Counted from the first letter of the stretch, positions 7,906 through 21,364 are shown. The stretch: DNA of 34,236 nucleotides from Pseudomonadota bacterium (GCA_034439715.1 JAWXAY010000061.1:1-34236), one strand, 5' to 3'. Numbers and translations are program-made. Notes: generated by a model from the letters alone, not told the origin.

Positions 7906-10900
7906 ATGGAGACTGCTTCTTTAACTGCGTCGAATTTACGTTTAAGAAGAGACTATGGAAGATTAAAAAGGGATATTGAAACCCCCAATCTCATAGTATT
8001 GCAAAAAAAATCTTACGAGGCTTTTTTACAAAAAGATATAGATCCGGACAAGAGAACAGACACTGGGCTTCAGGGCGTATTTAAGTCGGTTTTTCCAATT
8101 TCTGACTTTAACAATACTGCAAGCTTGGAGTTTGTAAGCTACGCGCTTGAGCCTGCAAAATATGATGTTGAGGAATGTCGTCAGCGCGGAATGACTTTTG
8201 CTGCCCCCGTAAAAGTTACCTTTCGTCTCATAGTTTTCGATGTGGATGATGAATCACAAGGGCGAAGTATAAGAGATGTAAAAGAACAAGAAATTTATCT
8301 GGGTGAAATCCCGCTCATGACCGCAAATGGTTCATTCATTATCAATGGCACCGAGCGTGTAGTTGTATCACAGTTACATAGGTCACCAGGTGTGTTTTTT
8401 GATCACGATGGCGGTAAAAACAGTACCACCGGAAAATTAATCTATTCTGCAAGAGTTATTCCTTACCGCGGATCATGGTTGGATTTTGAATTTGATCAGA
8501 AAGACTTAATTTATGTAAGGATAGATAGAAGGCGAAAATTTCCGGTTACAATTTTATTAAAGGCTTTAGGGCTAAACAATGAGCAACTTCTAGAATATTT
8601 TTATGATCTTGATACTGTTGTTATCGAGAAGGGCCCTAAATTTTATAGGTATATCGATATTGAAAAAATGATTGGCCAGAGATCTTTGACTGATCTTGTG
8701 GATCCTGCCGGCGGAGAAGTTATAGTGAAGGCGGGGCGCCGTATTACTCGAGCAGTGGCTAAAAAAGTAAAATCGTTAGACATGAAGAGAGTCGAAATCA
8801 GTGCTGATGATCTTGTTGGAAAAGTAATCGGAAAGCCCATCATTGATAAAAACACGGGTGAGGTAATCGCCGACGTCAATAGTGAATTATCCAAAGATGT
8901 TGTCATTGCCGCGGTCCAAGCGGGCGTAAAAGAATTCAAATTAATTTTCTTCGATGGATTATCGGTGGGACCTTACCTGCGGAACACACTTCTGGTAGAT
9001 AAAATTAATTCTGTTGAAGAATCATTAATGGAAATCTATAAAAGACTCCGTCCAGGCGAGCCCCCAACAGAAGAGGCTTCCAAAAACTTTTTTAGAAGAC
9101 TTTTCTTTGATTCAGAGACATATGATTTAAGTGAAGTTGGCCGTATTAAAATTAATCATAGGTTCGAAATATCCTATGAAGAATGTCCCATTGAGCATCG
9201 TACACTAACTAATAAAGATATTTTGAGTACTGTTAAAACTCTTATTGAATTAAAAAATGGCCGTGGAAAAGTCGATGACATTGATCATTTAGGAAATCGG
9301 CGAGTTCGTTCGGTGGGTGAGCTGCTTGAAAACCAATATCGAGTTGGTCTTGTTAGAATGGAAAGAGCCATTCGTGAAAAAATGAGTTTGCAGGATATTG
9401 AAGCGATAATGCCCCATGACTTGGTGAATGCTAAGCCAGTTAATGCTGTAGTAAAAGAGTTTTTTGGATCAAGCCAACTGTCGCAGTTCATGGATCAGAC
9501 AAATCCACTTTCTGAAATTACCCATAAGCGCCGCTTGTCTGCGCTTGGACCCGGTGGTTTAACTCGCGATCGAGCAGGCTTTGAAGTCCGCGACGTTCAC
9601 CCTACACATTATGGACGTATTTGTCCGATTGAGACTCCAGAGGGTCCAAATATCGGTTTGATTGCCTCCCTTGCTACATTTGCCCGAATAAATAAATATG
9701 GATTCATCGAAACCCCTTATCATAAGGTCGATGCAGGTAAAGCAGCTCAAGATGTAACTTATATGTCGGCACTTGAAGAGAGTGGACATCATATTGCGCA
9801 GGCAGATGAATCAATGACTGCGGAGCGCGTTACGTGCCGATTTAACGGTGAGTACACGATGGTTGAGAAAGACAAAGTCTCTCTTAAAGACGTATCGCCC
9901 AGCCAACTTGTTTCTATTGCGGCTTCATTAATTCCTTTTCTTGAGCATGACGATGCGAACCGCGCACTTATGGGTTCAAACATGCAGCGCCAAGCTGTGC
10001 CATTGTTGAGATCGAGTGCGCCACTTGTTGGAACAGGTGTAGAAGGAATTGTGGCTCGGGACTCTGGCACCTCGGTAGTGGCTATTAATGATGGTGTTGT
10101 AGAAGAAGTCGATGCTTCCCGAGTTGTTATTCGTCGTTTTGCTAAAGGTGGAGAACTAGGCGCTAACGTCGATATATATAATTTAATAAAGTATCAGCGA
10201 ACAAATCAGAATACCTGTTTTAATCAACGGCCTATTGTTTATCTAGGTGACAGAATTAGAAAAGGCGACATCATTGCCGATGGGCCGAGTACTGAGCTTG
10301 GCGAATTGGCTTTAGGTCAAAACGTCTTGATCGCGTTCACACCCTGGATGGGTTACAATTTTGAGGATTCCATTCTTATTTCTGAGCGGCTAATCAAAGA
10401 TGATACTTTTACTTCAATTCATATCGAAGAATTTGAATGCGTTGCCCGTGATACTAAATTGGGTAAAGAAGAAATTACTCGTGATATCGCAAATGTGGGT
10501 GAAGAGGCTCTTAGGGATTTAGATTCGAGTGGGATCATTCGCATCGGTGCTGAAGTTAAGCCTGGAGATGTACTGGTTGGAAAAGTAACACCAAAGGGTG
10601 AAACTCAGCTTTCACCTGAAGAAAAACTTTTACGAGCAATTTTTGGTGAAAAGGCCGGCGATGTAAGGGATACCTCGCTTCGTGTGCCCTCTGGTGTACA
10701 CGGCACAGTGATCGACGCACAGGTATACAGTCGTGATGGAAATGATCGTGGTGAGCGCCTAGAGCAAATTTTGGGACAAAAGAAAACTAAATTGCAAAAA
10801 GACCTTGGTGTTGAACAAAACGCCATTCGAAATAGTGCTATCGCCAAACTAAAGGATTTGTTAACCGGGAAAGTAACAACTGATATTCTGTTGGATTTGG

Positions 10901-12039
10901 ATGGATCTGCAAAAATTTTAGCTAAAGGACAGACTCTAAAAGAAGAAGATATTGAGTCGATACCATTCGAGCTTTTAACTTTTATTCCACTTGAAAACGA
11001 CCTTGAGTTTCAATTAAAACGCGTAATGGATAGCGCCCGCAACCAGCTGGACGCTGTAAAATTAGTGTTTGATGAAAAAATTGATCGATTGAATAAGGGT
11101 GATGAGCTTCCTCCTGGTGTTGTAAAAATGGTGAAAGTGTACGTTGCAATAAAACGTAAACTTCAGGTAGGAGATAAATTTGCGGGCCGCCATGGAAATA
11201 AAGGCGTTGTGTCGCGAGTTATGCCCGAAGAGGATATGCCCTATCTTGCGGATGGATCGCCCGTGGATATGGTTCTTAATCCACTTGGGGTACCATCTCG
11301 TATGAACATCGGACAGGTATTGGAAACCCATTTGGGGTGGGCAGCTCACGGTCTTGGCAAACAAATTGAAGCTATGCTTGAGAACTTTGAGGCTGAAAAA
11401 CTTCGTAAGAAACTTCAAGAGGCCTATGGGGACGCCGATCTAGTTAAAATCATTCAGAAGGCTGATGATAAATCATTGAAGCAATTAGCAATTCACGCTC
11501 GAAAGGGAATTCATATCGCTACACCAGTTTTTGATGGCGCTAACGAAGCTAACGTTAAAGACCTCCTGACTAAAGCCCGTTTACCAGAAAGAGCTCAAAC
11601 GGTACTCTTCGATGGTAGATCTGGTGAGCCATTTGATAATCCAGTTACGATTGGCATTATGTACATGCTTAAACTTCACCATCTTGTTGATGAAAAAATT
11701 CATGCTAGATCCATCGGTCCCTACTCACTTGTTTCACAACAACCATTGGGCGGTAAAGCGCAGTTTGGCGGTCAGAGACTGGGAGAAATGGAAGTTTGGG
11801 CTATCGAGGCTTACGGGGCTGCATATACTCTTCAAGAGTTCTTAACGGTTAAGTCAGACGACGTTGCGGGAAGAACGAGAATGTATGAGAGTATCGTAAA
11901 GGGTGAAAACGTTCTCGAGCCTGGATTACCAGAGTCGTTTAACGTTCTTGTCAAAGAGTTACAGAGCTTAGGGATGAACATCGAACTTATGGAATCAAAT
12001 TTATTAACTGATAAGCCCGCTGACGTTACTGAACAGTAG
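7906..12039 (+). CDS. rpoB: DNA-directed RNA polymerase subunit beta
   Basis: [55 protein letters not shown] 7906 or TTG 7903. Confidence 0.99.
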   Translation: METASLTASNLRLRRDYGRLKRDIETPNLIVLQKKSYEAFLQKDIDPDKRTDTGLQGVFKSVFPISDFNNTASLEFVSYALEPAKYDVEECRQRGMTFAAPVKVTFRLIVFDVDDESQGRSIRDVKEQEIYLGEIPLMTANGSFIINGTERVVVSQLHRSPGVFFDHDGGKNSTTGKLIYSARVIPYRGSWLDFEFDQKDLIYVRIDRRRKFPVTILLKALGLNNEQLLEYFYDLDTVVIEKGPKFYRYIDIEKMIGQRSLTDLVDPAGGEVIVKAGRRITRAVAKKVKSLDMKRVEISADDLVGKVIGKPIIDKNTGEVIADVNSELSKDVVIAAVQAGVKEFKLIFFDGLSVGPYLRNTLLVDKINSVEESLMEIYKRLRPGEPPTEEASKNFFRRLFFDSETYDLSEVGRIKINHRFEISYEECPIEHRTLTNKDILSTVKTLIELKNGRGKVDDIDHLGNRRVRSVGELLENQYRVGLVRMERAIREKMSLQDIEAIMPHDLVNAKPVNAVVKEFFGSSQLSQFMDQTNPLSEITHKRRLSALGPGGLTRDRAGFEVRDVHPTHYGRICPIETPEGPNIGLIASLATFARINKYGFIETPYHKVDAGKAAQDVTYMSALEESGHHIAQADESMTAERVTCRFNGEYTMVEKDKVSLKDVSPSQLVSIAASLIPFLEHDDANRALMGSNMQRQAVPLLRSSAPLVGTGVEGIVARDSGTSVVAINDGVVEEVDASRVVIRRFAKGGELGANVDIYNLIKYQRTNQNTCFNQRPIVYLGDRIRKGDIIADGPSTELGELALGQNVLIAFTPWMGYNFEDSILISERLIKDDTFTSIHIEEFECVARDTKLGKEEITRDIANVGEEALRDLDSSGIIRIGAEVKPGDVLVGKVTPKGETQLSPEEKLLRAIFGEKAGDVRDTSLRVPSGVHGTVIDAQVYSRDGNDRGERLEQILGQKKTKLQKDLGVEQNAIRNSAIAKLKDLLTGKVTTDILLDLDGSAKILAKGQTLKEEDIESIPFELLTFIPLENDLEFQLKRVMDSARNQLDAVKLVFDEKIDRLNKGDELPPGVVKMVKVYVAIKRKLQVGDKFAGRHGNKGVVSRVMPEEDMPYLADGSPVDMVLNPLGVPSRMNIGQVLETHLGWAAHGLGKQIEAMLENFEAEKLRKKLQEAYGDADLVKIIQKADDKSLKQLAIHARKGIHIATPVFDGANEANVKDLLTKARLPERAQTVLFDGRSGEPFDNPVTIGIMYMLKLHHLVDEKIHARSIGPYSLVSQQPLGGKAQFGGQRLGEMEVWAIEAYGAAYTLQEFLTVKSDDVAGRTRMYESIVKGENVLEPGLPESFNVLVKELQSLGMNIELMESNLLTDKPADVTEQ

Positions 12040-12065
12040 CCAGTTGGTATTCAGGAGGATTTAGC

Positions 12066-15000
12066 TTGAAAGATCTATTAAATTTTTTCGACAAACCAAA
12101 AGATCCACTTTCTTTTGATGCTGTGAAGATTTCTTTGGCGTCGCCAGAGTTAATTCGAGAATGGTCATTTGGCGAAGTTAAAAAGCCAGAAACCATCAAC
12201 TACCGAACTTTTCGGCCTGAGCGAGATGGATTGTTCTGCGCCAGAATTTTTGGCCCTATCAAGGACTATGAGTGTCTCTGTGGTAAATATAAGCGAATGA
12301 AACATCGTGGGGTTGTCTGTGAAAAGTGTGGTGTGGAAGTCATTCAGGCCAAAGTTCGTCGTGAACGCATGGGGCATATTGAGTTAGCTAATCCTGTCGC
12401 ACATATTTGGTTTCTACGCTCTCTTCCTAGCCGAATTGGAAACCTGCTCGATCTTTCTCTAAAAGATGTTGAAAAAATTCTCTACTGTGAAGCCCATGTG
12501 GTTGTAGATCCCCAAGAAACAGATCTTGAGGAGGGGCAAATTCTAACGGAGGAGGCCTACCAAGGGGCTCTATCTAAATTCGGTCCAAATTTTAAAGCGT
12601 CTATCGGAGGTGAAGCCATTCTTGAAATGTTAAGAAAGGTCGACTCCGATTATTTATCAAACAAGCTACGTCGAGAGATTAAAGAAACAAAATCTGAGGC
12701 CCAGATTAAAAAGATGACAAAAAGGCTAAAGGTTGTTGAGGCCTTTAAGGACTCCAAGAATCGTCCTGAGTGGATGATGTTGATGTCCTTGCCTGTTATT
12801 CCTCCAGACCTACGCCCGCTAGTGCCATTAGATGGCGGACGATTTGCCACTTCAGATTTAAATGATTTGTATCGTAGAGTTATCAACAGAAACAACCGAC
12901 TTAAGCGTCTTCAGGAATTAAACGCTCCTGATATTATTATTCGAAATGAAAAACGCATGCTTCAGGAGGCAGTAGATGCCCTGTTGGATAATGGTCGCAG
13001 AGGTAAGACATTTACCGGCCCCAATAAAAGACCCCTTCGTTCATTAAGTGATATGCTAAAGGGTAAGCAAGGGCGATTCCGACAGAATCTTCTTGGAAAG
13101 CGTGTGGATTACTCTGGTCGATCTGTAATTGTTGTGGGACCTGAGTTAAAATTACATCAGTGTGGTCTACCTAAAAAGATGGCAATCGAACTCTTTAAAC
13201 CATTTATTTATAGCAAGCTCGAGGAGCGCGGTTTTGCGACAACAATAAAGCAAGCCAAAAAATTGGTTGAAGATGAAACGATTGAGGTTTGGGATATTTT
13301 ATCCGATGTGGTAAAGGAACATCCTGTACTTCTGAATCGAGCACCAACCCTTCATAGACTCGGTATCCAAGCTTTTGAGCCTGTGCTTCACGAGGGCAAG
13401 GCCATTAGGCTTCATCCCTTAGTATGTACGGCATTTAACGCCGACTTTGACGGTGATCAAATGGCAGTGCACGTCCCACTATCAGTTGAGGCCCAAATTG
13501 AAGCGCGCGTTTTAATTATGTCGACTAACAATATTTTAAGTCCAGCGAGCGGCCGCCCGATTATTAATCCCACGCAAGACATAGTTTTAGGAATTTACTG
13601 GATGACTCGCATTCGTCCCAACGCCAAAGGTGCCAATAAATTGTTCGCGAGTGTTGATGAAGTTGTTTATGCCTATGATGGGGGACACATTGATTTACAG
13701 GCACCAGTCAAAGTTAGAATTCATGGTAAGCTGACGGAAACGACGGTGGGCCGAGCTCTATTAAGCGACATTACCCCCAAAGAAGTTCCTTTTCAGGTCA
13801 TCAATCGCACTATGGGCCGAAAACAGCTGGCGGAACTTATTGATACGGTATTTCGTCTTTGTGGTGGAAAAGCCTCTGTTATTTTCGCTGATAAATTAAT
13901 GCAAACAGGCTTTCAGTTCTCAACACGTGCTGGGATTTCGATTTGTATTGATGACATGATTATTCCAGATGCGAAATCTAAAATGATCAAAGAAACTGAA
14001 AAACAGGTCGAAGAAATTCAGCAACAGTACGATGAGGGCTTAATTACCGATGGTGAAAGATACAACAAGGTAGTGGATATTTGGGCTCAGACGAGTGATC
14101 GCGTGGCTAAAGAAATGATGGCCAATCTTGAAACTCAAATGATCACGGTTGATGGTAAGCCGACAAAAATCGATAGTTTCAACCCAATTTTTATTATGGC
14201 GGACTCAGGAGCGCGTGGTTCAGCTGCTCAGATTCGTCAGCTTGCCGGCATGAGGGGATTGATGGCCAAGCCATCTGGTGAGATTATCGAGACTCCAATT
14301 ACGGCCAATTTCCGCGAAGGGCTTTCAGTTCTTCAGTATTTTATTTCTACTCACGGAGCACGAAAAGGTTTGGCGGATACCGCTCTTAAAACAGCAAATT
14401 CGGGTTATTTAACTCGCCGTTTAGTGGATGTTGCACAAGACGTGATTATAAATGAAATGGACTGTGGGTCAAAAGAGGGAATTACAGTTACCGCTCTTCT
14501 TGAGGGTGGTGAAATTATTCAACCTTTGGGAGATCGCGTTCTTGGACGAATAGCCCTTGAAGACATTTTAGATCCCTACTCGCAAGAGGTAATTGTTAAG
14601 GCCAGTACTGAAATTACCGAGTCTCATATAGCAAAAGTTGACGAATTAGGTATTGAGTCAATTAAAATTCGTTCTGTTTTAACATGTCAAACTAAACGCG
14701 GCGCTTGTATTAAGTGCTACGGTCGAGATTTGGCCCGAGGTAACCTGACTAACTTGGGTGAGGCTGTTGGAATTATAGCTGCTCAATCCATTGGTGAGCC
14801 CGGCACTCAGTTAACAATGCGTACATTCCACTTGGGCGGTACGGCATCACGTGCAGTTGAACAATCTATTCATACAGCACGACATGAGGGACACGTAAAA
14901 TTTAGTGGTGTTATTTCAGTGGTTGGAAAAAGTGGTAAGTCTGTTGTTCTTAACCGAAATGGCGATTTAATTGTCATTGATAAAGATGGTCGGGAGCGCG

Positions 15001-16199
15001 ATAGGTTCAAATTAGTTTATGGGACTACGTTGACGTTTAAAGATGGAAGCGCAATTAAAGCTGGAGATGTTCTTGCCGAATGGGATCCCTATTCAAACCC
15101 AATAATATCCGAAGTTTCAGGTGTAGTTCATTTTGAACATATTGAAGAAGGTGTGACGCTGACGGAACAAGTGGATCCCGTTACTGGATTTGCGACTAAG
15201 GTAATTACAGACAGTAAAGCCGACGCGAAACCAACTTTGCTTATTAAGGACTCCCGTGGCAATCAACTTATGTTGCCTGGTCGTGATGTTCCTGCACGTT
15301 ATATTGTTCCCACAGGCGCTCAACTGCTTGTATCAGAGGGTCAAGAGGTTCATTCCGGTGAGGTTATTGCGAAAATTCATAGAGAAACTACAAAAACTCG
15401 GGATATCACAGGAGGTCTTCCTCGCGTTGCTGAGCTTTTTGAAGCTCGGAAACCGAAAGAAGCCGCAATTATTTCAGAGATTGATGGCTATATCACCTTT
15501 GGTAAGGATGTTAAGGGGAAACAGCGAGTTATTGTCACACCTGAAATTGGTGAACAAAAGGAATATTTAATCCCAAAGGGAAAACACGTCGCTGTTCGCG
15601 AGGGTGAATTTATTAAATCTGGCGAAGCTTTGATGGATGGTCCTACAAACCCCCATGATGTGTTGAAAGTTTTGGGCGATATTGCATTGGCTTCGTATCT
15701 TGTAAACGAAATTCAAGAAGTATATCGACTACAAGGTGTGACTATTAACGATAAGCACATTGAGGTAATTGTAAAACAGATGTTGAGAAAAGTAAGGGTA
15801 GCCGATGCTGGTGACACGAACTTTTTAGTAGATGAACAGGCTGAGAAGTTTGAGTTTGAAGTTGAAAATGAACGCGTGATGAAAGAAGGCGGACAGCCCG
15901 CGAAGGCAGAACCATTGTTACTGGGGATAACTAAAGTATCTTTGAGTACGGACAGTTGGATATCGGCAGCTTCATTCCAAGAAACCACAAAGGTTCTGAC
16001 AGAAGCCGCAGTAAATGCAAAAACTGATACCTTGCGCGGACTTAAAGAAAATATAATAATGGGACGTCTCATCCCGGCAGGTACTGGATTGCCAGCTTAC
16101 AAACGATGGCCTATTAAAATCGATAAGGTGGAATCCGAAAAATCTTCAGTGTTGCCTGGAGGAGTGGTCAGCTCTGCAACTACAGGAGTTCATGCTTAA
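12066..16199 (+). CDS. rpoC: DNA-directed RNA polymerase subunit beta'
   Basis: Zn finger CLCGKYK...CEKC, catalytic [26 protein letters not shown] start with AGGAGG RBS. Confidence 0.99.
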   Translation: MKDLLNFFDKPKDPLSFDAVKISLASPELIREWSFGEVKKPETINYRTFRPERDGLFCARIFGPIKDYECLCGKYKRMKHRGVVCEKCGVEVIQAKVRRERMGHIELANPVAHIWFLRSLPSRIGNLLDLSLKDVEKILYCEAHVVVDPQETDLEEGQILTEEAYQGALSKFGPNFKASIGGEAILEMLRKVDSDYLSNKLRREIKETKSEAQIKKMTKRLKVVEAFKDSKNRPEWMMLMSLPVIPPDLRPLVPLDGGRFATSDLNDLYRRVINRNNRLKRLQELNAPDIIIRNEKRMLQEAVDALLDNGRRGKTFTGPNKRPLRSLSDMLKGKQGRFRQNLLGKRVDYSGRSVIVVGPELKLHQCGLPKKMAIELFKPFIYSKLEERGFATTIKQAKKLVEDETIEVWDILSDVVKEHPVLLNRAPTLHRLGIQAFEPVLHEGKAIRLHPLVCTAFNADFDGDQMAVHVPLSVEAQIEARVLIMSTNNILSPASGRPIINPTQDIVLGIYWMTRIRPNAKGANKLFASVDEVVYAYDGGHIDLQAPVKVRIHGKLTETTVGRALLSDITPKEVPFQVINRTMGRKQLAELIDTVFRLCGGKASVIFADKLMQTGFQFSTRAGISICIDDMIIPDAKSKMIKETEKQVEEIQQQYDEGLITDGERYNKVVDIWAQTSDRVAKEMMANLETQMITVDGKPTKIDSFNPIFIMADSGARGSAAQIRQLAGMRGLMAKPSGEIIETPITANFREGLSVLQYFISTHGARKGLADTALKTANSGYLTRRLVDVAQDVIINEMDCGSKEGITVTALLEGGEIIQPLGDRVLGRIALEDILDPYSQEVIVKASTEITESHIAKVDELGIESIKIRSVLTCQTKRGACIKCYGRDLARGNLTNLGEAVGIIAAQSIGEPGTQLTMRTFHLGGTASRAVEQSIHTARHEGHVKFSGVISVVGKSGKSVVLNRNGDLIVIDKDGRERDRFKLVYGTTLTFKDGSAIKAGDVLAEWDPYSNPIISEVSGVVHFEHIEEGVTLTEQVDPVTGFATKVITDSKADAKPTLLIKDSRGNQLMLPGRDVPARYIVPTGAQLLVSEGQEVHSGEVIAKIHRETTKTRDITGGLPRVAELFEARKPKEAAIISEIDGYITFGKDVKGKQRVIVTPEIGEQKEYLIPKGKHVAVREGEFIKSGEALMDGPTNPHDVLKVLGDIALASYLVNEIQEVYRLQGVTINDKHIEVIVKQMLRKVRVADAGDTNFLVDEQAEKFEFEVENERVMKEGGQPAKAEPLLLGITKVSLSTDSWISAASFQETTKVLTEAAVNAKTDTLRGLKENIIMGRLIPAGTGLPAYKRWPIKIDKVESEKSSVLPGGVVSSATTGVHA

Positions 16200-16211
16200 A
16201 GGTAAAATCCC

Positions 16212-16241
16212 TTGACCAATTAGGATTGGGGGAGTTAACGT
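16212..16241 (+). promoter_or_regulatory. Candidate sigma70 promoter of the str operon
   Basis: TTGACC(16212-17)-18 nt-TAACGT(16236-41), GC-rich discriminator GCGACG. Confidence 0.45.
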
Positions 16242-16268
16242 GCGACGTTATTTTTTAATGAGGTTTAA

Positions 16269-16646
16269 ATGCCAACGATTAACCAGTTGATTCGACAGTC
16301 AAGATCAGTTCAGAGAAACAGTACCAAGTCTCCGGCATTAGAGCGTTGTCCACAAAGGCGCGGAGTCTGTACACGTGTATACACTACCACACCCAAAAAA
16401 CCGAATTCTGCCCTAAGAAAAGTGGCCAAAGTTAGGTTGTCTAATGGTTATGAGGTTATTTCTTATATTCCAGGGATTGGTCACAATCTTCAAGAGCACA
16501 GTGTTGTTTTAATTCGTGGCGGTCGAGTTAAGGACCTGCCAGGAGTTCGGTACCACATTGTGCGTGGCGTACTAGATGCACATGGAGTAAATGGTAGGCT
16601 TAGAAGTCGATCAAAATATGGAGCAAAGAGACCTAAAAAGGCTTAA
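16269..16646 (+). CDS. rpsL: 30S ribosomal protein S12
   Basis: [29 protein letters not shown]. Confidence 0.99.
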   Translation: MPTINQLIRQSRSVQRNSTKSPALERCPQRRGVCTRVYTTTPKKPNSALRKVAKVRLSNGYEVISYIPGIGHNLQEHSVVLIRGGRVKDLPGVRYHIVRGVLDAHGVNGRLRSRSKYGAKRPKKA

Positions 16647-16666
16647 TAAAAAGAGGAATTTGAAAG

Positions 16667-17140
16667 ATGGCCAGACGCAAAAAGACATATAAACGAAAAG
16701 TGACGCCGGACCCAGTGTATAACGATGTCGTCATACATAAATTTATCAACAAACTCATGTATGGCGGAATGAAATCTACAGCGCGCGGAATCTTATATTC
16801 AGCTCTAGATGAACTTAAGGAAAAGATAAAGGAAGAAGAGCCACTAGCGGTATTTAAAAAAGCTATTGAAAAGGTTAAGCCCTCGTTGGAAGTTCGTTCT
16901 CGCCGTGTTGGAGGCGCTACTTACCAAGTACCGGTCGATGTGCGTCCATCAAGACGACTTGCCCTGGCTATGAGATGGATGATCACTTACGCTCGTGAGC
17001 GTGGCGAAAAAAGCATGGCACTTCGTTTAGCGGGGGAGTTTATGGATGCTTATAATGGCCGTGGAAATGCTATTAAAAAGCGAGATGACGTTCACAAAAT
17101 GGCTGACGCCAACAAGGCCTTCTCTCACTACAACTGGTAA
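16667..17140 (+). CDS. rpsG: 30S ribosomal protein S7
   Basis: [32 protein letters not shown]. Confidence 0.99.
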   Translation: MARRKKTYKRKVTPDPVYNDVVIHKFINKLMYGGMKSTARGILYSALDELKEKIKEEEPLAVFKKAIEKVKPSLEVRSRRVGGATYQVPVDVRPSRRLALAMRWMITYARERGEKSMALRLAGEFMDAYNGRGNAIKKRDDVHKMADANKAFSHYNW

Positions 17141-17169
17141 CTCTTGTTGCCAGTTTTAAAGAAAAATAA

Positions 17170-19272
17170 ATGAGCAGTGCTGATCCGCAGACTATAGATG
17201 AATTAAAGTGGACTAGAAATATTGGCATTATGGCTCATATTGACGCTGGAAAAACGACAACCACCGAGCGTATTCTCTTTTATTCTGGAAAAAGTTATAA
17301 AATGGGTGAAGTTCATGACGGGAATACTGTTATGGATTGGATGGAGCAAGAACAAGAGCGGGGAATTACCATTACCGCAGCTGCAACCACTCTCTTCTGG
17401 AAAAATCACAGATTAAATCTCATTGATACCCCTGGACATGTTGATTTTACCATCGAAGTAGAGCGCTCATTGCGAGTGCTTGATGGGGCAATTGCTGTAT
17501 TCGATGCCGTTAATGGCGTGGAGCCACAGTCAGAAACAGTTTGGCGACAGGCAAATAAGCATCATGTTCCAAGGCTTTGTTTTATTAATAAAATGGATCG
17601 CGTTGGAGCAAATTTTGAAGAAAGTGTAAAATCAATCCAGGATCGACTGGAGGCAAATCCGATAGTTATTCAGATGCCAATTGGGAGTGAAGATCAGTTT
17701 CGAGGTATTGTCGATTTGCTGGAAAGAAAAGCTTACATTTGGGATGATAAAACAGATGGAACTAAATTCCGCCTAGCTGAGATTCCCGAAGAGTTAAAAG
17801 AATCCGCCGAAAGAGCTCGAAATTTGGCGCTTGAAAAAATTGTCGAATTTGACGATGGTCTTATAGAAAAATTTCTAGGCAGTCCAGACTCGATAACGAT
17901 TGAAGAGCTTAAAAAAACATTGCGAACTGCAACCCTAAAGCTACTAGCTACACCTCTACTTTGCGGCGCGGCCTTCAAAAATAAGGGGATTCAGCCGCTT
18001 TTGGACGCGGTAAATGAATATCTACCTAGCCCCCTAGACGTCCCCCCTATCGAAGGTCATGATCCTGAAAATCTTGAGAAGGCCGTCAAGTGTATTGTTG
18101 ATTTCAAGGAGCCAATGGTTGCCCTCGCTTTTAAGTTGGCGTCCGACAGTTTTGCAGGCCACCTGGTTTTTGTTCGAGTGTACTCGGGAATTTTGGAAAT
18201 GGGTGCTCAGCTCACAAATTCGAGAAATGGAAAAAAGGAACGAGTGGGTAAACTCATTCGCATGCATGCAAATTCCCGCGAAGAAATAAAGGCCTTAAAG
18301 GCGGGTGAAATTGGTGCTGTGGTGGGATTTAAATTCACGGGTACTGGTGATACATTGTGTGGTACCGGTCACAAGGTTGTGCTTGAAAGTATTGATCTTC
18401 CCGAACCAGTAATATCGGTTGCGTTAGAGGCAAAATCCACAGCTGATGAAGAAAAGATGCAAGAAGGTTTAAAGAAGTTACTATTAGAAGATCCCTCAGC
18501 AAGCCTTAGAACAGACCCCGAAACTGGACAGCTTTTACTTTCCGGTATGGGCGAACTACACCTAGAAATATTAGTTGATCGATTATTACGTGAGCATAAG
18601 GTTGGGGCCAACGTCGGAAAGCCCCAGGTTTCATATAGAGAAACAATTACTACTTCGGCAAGGGGTGAGGGTAAGTTTATTCGTTCGGCACTCGATGGGG
18701 CAGACCCTGTTTATGGACACTGTGTTCTCGAAATTTCTCCACAGGAGGGAATTACTTCAGATTTAGAGATCAGTGTTTCTGAAAATCAAATTCCGAAGAA
18801 ATATCATAAAGTTATTAGAGAAGGAGTGTTTGAGGCTCTCGAAAATGGTGTGCTCGCAAGTTTCAAGGTTATAGGTGTAAGAGCAAAATTAGTCGGAGGT
18901 AGCTTTAGCGAGCAAGATTCTTCAGATGCTGCGTTTAAAGTGGCGGCTGGCCTGGCGTTTAGGGAGGCCGCGAAGCAAGCAAAGGCAATTTTACTGGAGC
19001 CCTATTTTAAACTAGAGGTTATAACTCCCGAAGAATTCACAGGAAATATCATTGGTGACCTAAACGGCCGGCGGGGTAAAATCTCAAACATGACTCAAAA
19101 GGGACATTTTCAAGTAATTACAGCAGAAGCACCTCTTTTTGAGCTGTTCGGTTACGCCACCCAGATTCGATCATTGTCCCAAGGAAGAGCTTCTTTTAGC
19201 ATGGAATTTTGTCGCTATATATCCATGCCACAAAAGGTGTCTTCTGAGATTTTAAGTCGGCTCGGAAGATAG
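17170..19272 (+). CDS. fusA: Elongation factor G, divergent domain IV (possibly recycling-type EF-G2)
   Basis: [45 protein letters not shown]; follows rpsG. Confidence 0.95.
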   Translation: MSSADPQTIDELKWTRNIGIMAHIDAGKTTTTERILFYSGKSYKMGEVHDGNTVMDWMEQEQERGITITAAATTLFWKNHRLNLIDTPGHVDFTIEVERSLRVLDGAIAVFDAVNGVEPQSETVWRQANKHHVPRLCFINKMDRVGANFEESVKSIQDRLEANPIVIQMPIGSEDQFRGIVDLLERKAYIWDDKTDGTKFRLAEIPEELKESAERARNLALEKIVEFDDGLIEKFLGSPDSITIEELKKTLRTATLKLLATPLLCGAAFKNKGIQPLLDAVNEYLPSPLDVPPIEGHDPENLEKAVKCIVDFKEPMVALAFKLASDSFAGHLVFVRVYSGILEMGAQLTNSRNGKKERVGKLIRMHANSREEIKALKAGEIGAVVGFKFTGTGDTLCGTGHKVVLESIDLPEPVISVALEAKSTADEEKMQEGLKKLLLEDPSASLRTDPETGQLLLSGMGELHLEILVDRLLREHKVGANVGKPQVSYRETITTSARGEGKFIRSALDGADPVYGHCVLEISPQEGITSDLEISVSENQIPKKYHKVIREGVFEALENGVLASFKVIGVRAKLVGGSFSEQDSSDAAFKVAAGLAFREAAKQAKAILLEPYFKLEVITPEEFTGNIIGDLNGRRGKISNMTQKGHFQVITAEAPLFELFGYATQIRSLSQGRASFSMEFCRYISMPQKVSSEILSRLGR

Positions 19273-19293
19273 CTATTTCCTCTTAATATTCTT

Positions 19294-19323
19294 TTGACAA
19301 ATGAACTTTCGTAACGGCATACT
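19294..19323 (+). promoter_or_regulatory. Candidate sigma70 promoter of the S10 operon
   Basis: TTGACA(19294-99)-18 nt-CATACT(19318-23), GC-rich discriminator GCCCCGG. Confidence 0.55.
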
Positions 19324-19341
19324 GCCCCGGCTTAATAAAAA

Positions 19342-19379
19342 GCAGTGGGTAAACGTTTTTGTTGGTATTTACCCATTGC
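19342..19379 (+). promoter_or_regulatory. 12-bp stem-loop in the S10 operon leader
   Basis: GCAGTGGGTAAA(19342-53) pairs with TTTACCCATTGC(19368-79); U-rich sequence follows. Confidence 0.55.
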
Positions 19380-19453
19380 GTTAATTTGTAGTTAATTGAA
19401 TTTATTTATCCGTAGCGTGAATATTTTCACCTTACATAGGGTTGAGTTGATTT

Positions 19454-19774
19454 ATGCAGAGTCAAAAGATTCGTATTCGTTTAAAGGCGTTCGATCATAA
19501 ATTATTAGATCAGTCGACGAAAGAGATTGTGGAAACAGCTCGTCGCACGGGAGCAAAAGTGGCTGGGCCAATCCCAATTCCGACGAGAATAAATCGTTAC
19601 ACTGTTCTTCGTTCTCCGCATGTGGACAAGAAAAGCCGTGAGCAGTTTGAAATTCGCACGCATAAACGTCTTTTAGAAATTCTTGAGCCATCTCCGCAGA
19701 CGGTTGATCAGTTGATGAAATTGGATTTATCGGCTGGCGTAGATGTTGAAATTAAACTATCGATGGCTGAGTAG
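19454..19774 (+). CDS. rpsJ: 30S ribosomal protein S10
   Basis: [24 protein letters not shown]. Confidence 0.99.
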   Translation: MQSQKIRIRLKAFDHKLLDQSTKEIVETARRTGAKVAGPIPIPTRINRYTVLRSPHVDKKSREQFEIRTHKRLLEILEPSPQTVDQLMKLDLSAGVDVEIKLSMAE

Positions 19775-19785
19775 GGGAGAAAGTT

Positions 19786-20439
19786 GTGGCTACTGAAAAA
19801 GAAACTAAAGAAATAAAGCTCAACAGCCTCTTTGCTCTTAAGCTAGGAATGTCCACTGTTTTTAACGAGAAGGGTGAGGCACAAAACGTAACTCTTTTAA
19901 AGTATGAACCCATGATTGTTTCTCAGTTAAAAACTAAGGAGAAAAATGGATACTCAGCATTGCAAGTTGCTTTTGTGCCAAAGCGCGCTACACGTACATC
20001 TAAGGCTCAGGGCGGGCATTTAAAAAAAGCCGGATTTGATAATGGGGCGCGTTACCTGAGAGAGATTCGGCAGGATATTCCCGAGGGCGCAGAAATTGGC
20101 GTGCGAGTTTCAATTGAAAGCCTGGTGGTCGGGGATCAGCTTAAAGTCACAGGGATCAGTAAGGGCAAAGGGTTCCAGGGAGTAGTTAAGCGTTATGGTT
20201 TTCAAGGCGGGCCGGCAACTCATGGATCACATTTTCATCGCATTCCCGGCTCAATTGGTAATCGTGAATTCCCAGGAAGAGTAATGCCCGGCCGAAAAAT
20301 GCCTGGGCACATGGGAGCAAAAACGGCGACTATCATGAACTTATCGGTAGTCGATGTTTTATCAAAAGATAATGTATTGATGGTATATGGCAGTATTCCC
20401 GGCGCTAGAAATAGTTTAGTAAAACTGACAAAGATTTGA
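19786..20439 (+). CDS. rplC: 50S ribosomal protein L3
   Basis: KLGMS, SKGKGFQGVVKR, HGSHFHRIPGSIG, KMPGHMG. Confidence 0.98.
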   Translation: MATEKETKEIKLNSLFALKLGMSTVFNEKGEAQNVTLLKYEPMIVSQLKTKEKNGYSALQVAFVPKRATRTSKAQGGHLKKAGFDNGARYLREIRQDIPEGAEIGVRVSIESLVVGDQLKVTGISKGKGFQGVVKRYGFQGGPATHGSHFHRIPGSIGNREFPGRVMPGRKMPGHMGAKTATIMNLSVVDVLSKDNVLMVYGSIPGARNSLVKLTKI

Positions 20440-20453
20440 TTGAGAGAATAATT

Positions 20454-21089
20454 ATGGCAACAGCGACAGTTTATGATTGGCAAAAAGATAAATCAGGCAC
20501 CGTCGAGTTACCCGACGAAGTTTTTGGTGTTCCCTGGCGTGCTGACATCGTTCAGTCCGTAGTACGATGGCAATTAGCTTCTCGTCGATCGGGCACTCAC
20601 GACACTAAAACCCGAGCTGATGTTAGCGGTGGCGGTAAAAAGCCGTACAAGCAAAAAGGAACAGGAAATGCACGGCGAGGCTCTCAACGTTCACCTCTGA
20701 TACGAGGTGGTGCTGTTGTGTTTGGTCCCTCGCCGAGAGATTATGGATATACTTTGCCGAAAAAAGTTAAAAAACTTGGTCTTCGTATAGCACTCTCGAG
20801 ACTTCTTAAAGATGGCAAATTATTTATAGTAAAAACTCTAGAGTCTAAAGATGGCAAGACATCTGAAATAGCGAAAAGATTAAAAAAGTTTGGAGTAGAA
20901 AAAGCAATTCTTATTGGTGGTGAAGCGGATGCCATGGTGGGTCGCGCCGCAAGAAATCTTCCGAGCTTTAAATATTATACCTCGGCGGGTCTGAACGTAT
21001 ATGATCTGTTGAAGTACGAAACCTTGATCATGTCTAAAGACGCGGTAGACTCTATTGTTAAGCGTTGTACCGTTGGAGGCGCAAAGTGA
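20454..21089 (+). CDS. rplD: 50S ribosomal protein L4
   Basis: TKTRADVSGGGKKPYKQKGTGNARRGS; ATG 20454 preferred (TTG 20436 possible). Confidence 0.98.
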   Translation: MATATVYDWQKDKSGTVELPDEVFGVPWRADIVQSVVRWQLASRRSGTHDTKTRADVSGGGKKPYKQKGTGNARRGSQRSPLIRGGAVVFGPSPRDYGYTLPKKVKKLGLRIALSRLLKDGKLFIVKTLESKDGKTSEIAKRLKKFGVEKAILIGGEADAMVGRAARNLPSFKYYTSAGLNVYDLLKYETLIMSKDAVDSIVKRCTVGGAK

Positions 21090-21364
21090 TCAATGTAATT
21101 CGCCGACCTCTAATTTCAGAAAAGAACAGAAAACATCTTAATCAAGGCGTTTATGTTTTTGAAGTTAATCGTCAAAGCACAAAAATTGATATTAAAAAAG
21201 CCGTAGAAAAACTCTTCAGAGTAAAAGTAGTGTCAGTTCGTACGATTTTGAGCAGAACAAAGGGGCGCCGAACGAAAGCTGGTGTGGGAAAACCTCAGTA
21301 TTTTAAGAAGGCCATGATTAAGTTGGCTCCAAACAACAAGATAGGTTTATTCGAGGGAGTATAA
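21086..21364 (+). CDS. rplW: 50S ribosomal protein L23
   Basis: [36 protein letters not shown] overlap with rplD stop, RBS GGAGG. Confidence 0.97.
   Translation: MINVIRRPLISEKNRKHLNQGVYVFEVNRQSTKIDIKKAVEKLFRVKVVSVRTILSRTKGRRTKAGVGKPQYFKKAMIKLAPNNKIGLFEGV

Noticed and set aside
9460..9560. Possible rifampicin-resistance changes in RpoB cluster I
   Set aside because: The Q513, D516, H526 and S531 equivalents are all wild type.
16380..16545. Possible streptomycin-resistance changes in S12
   Set aside because: The K42 (PKKPNS) and K87 (RVKDLP) equivalents are wild type.
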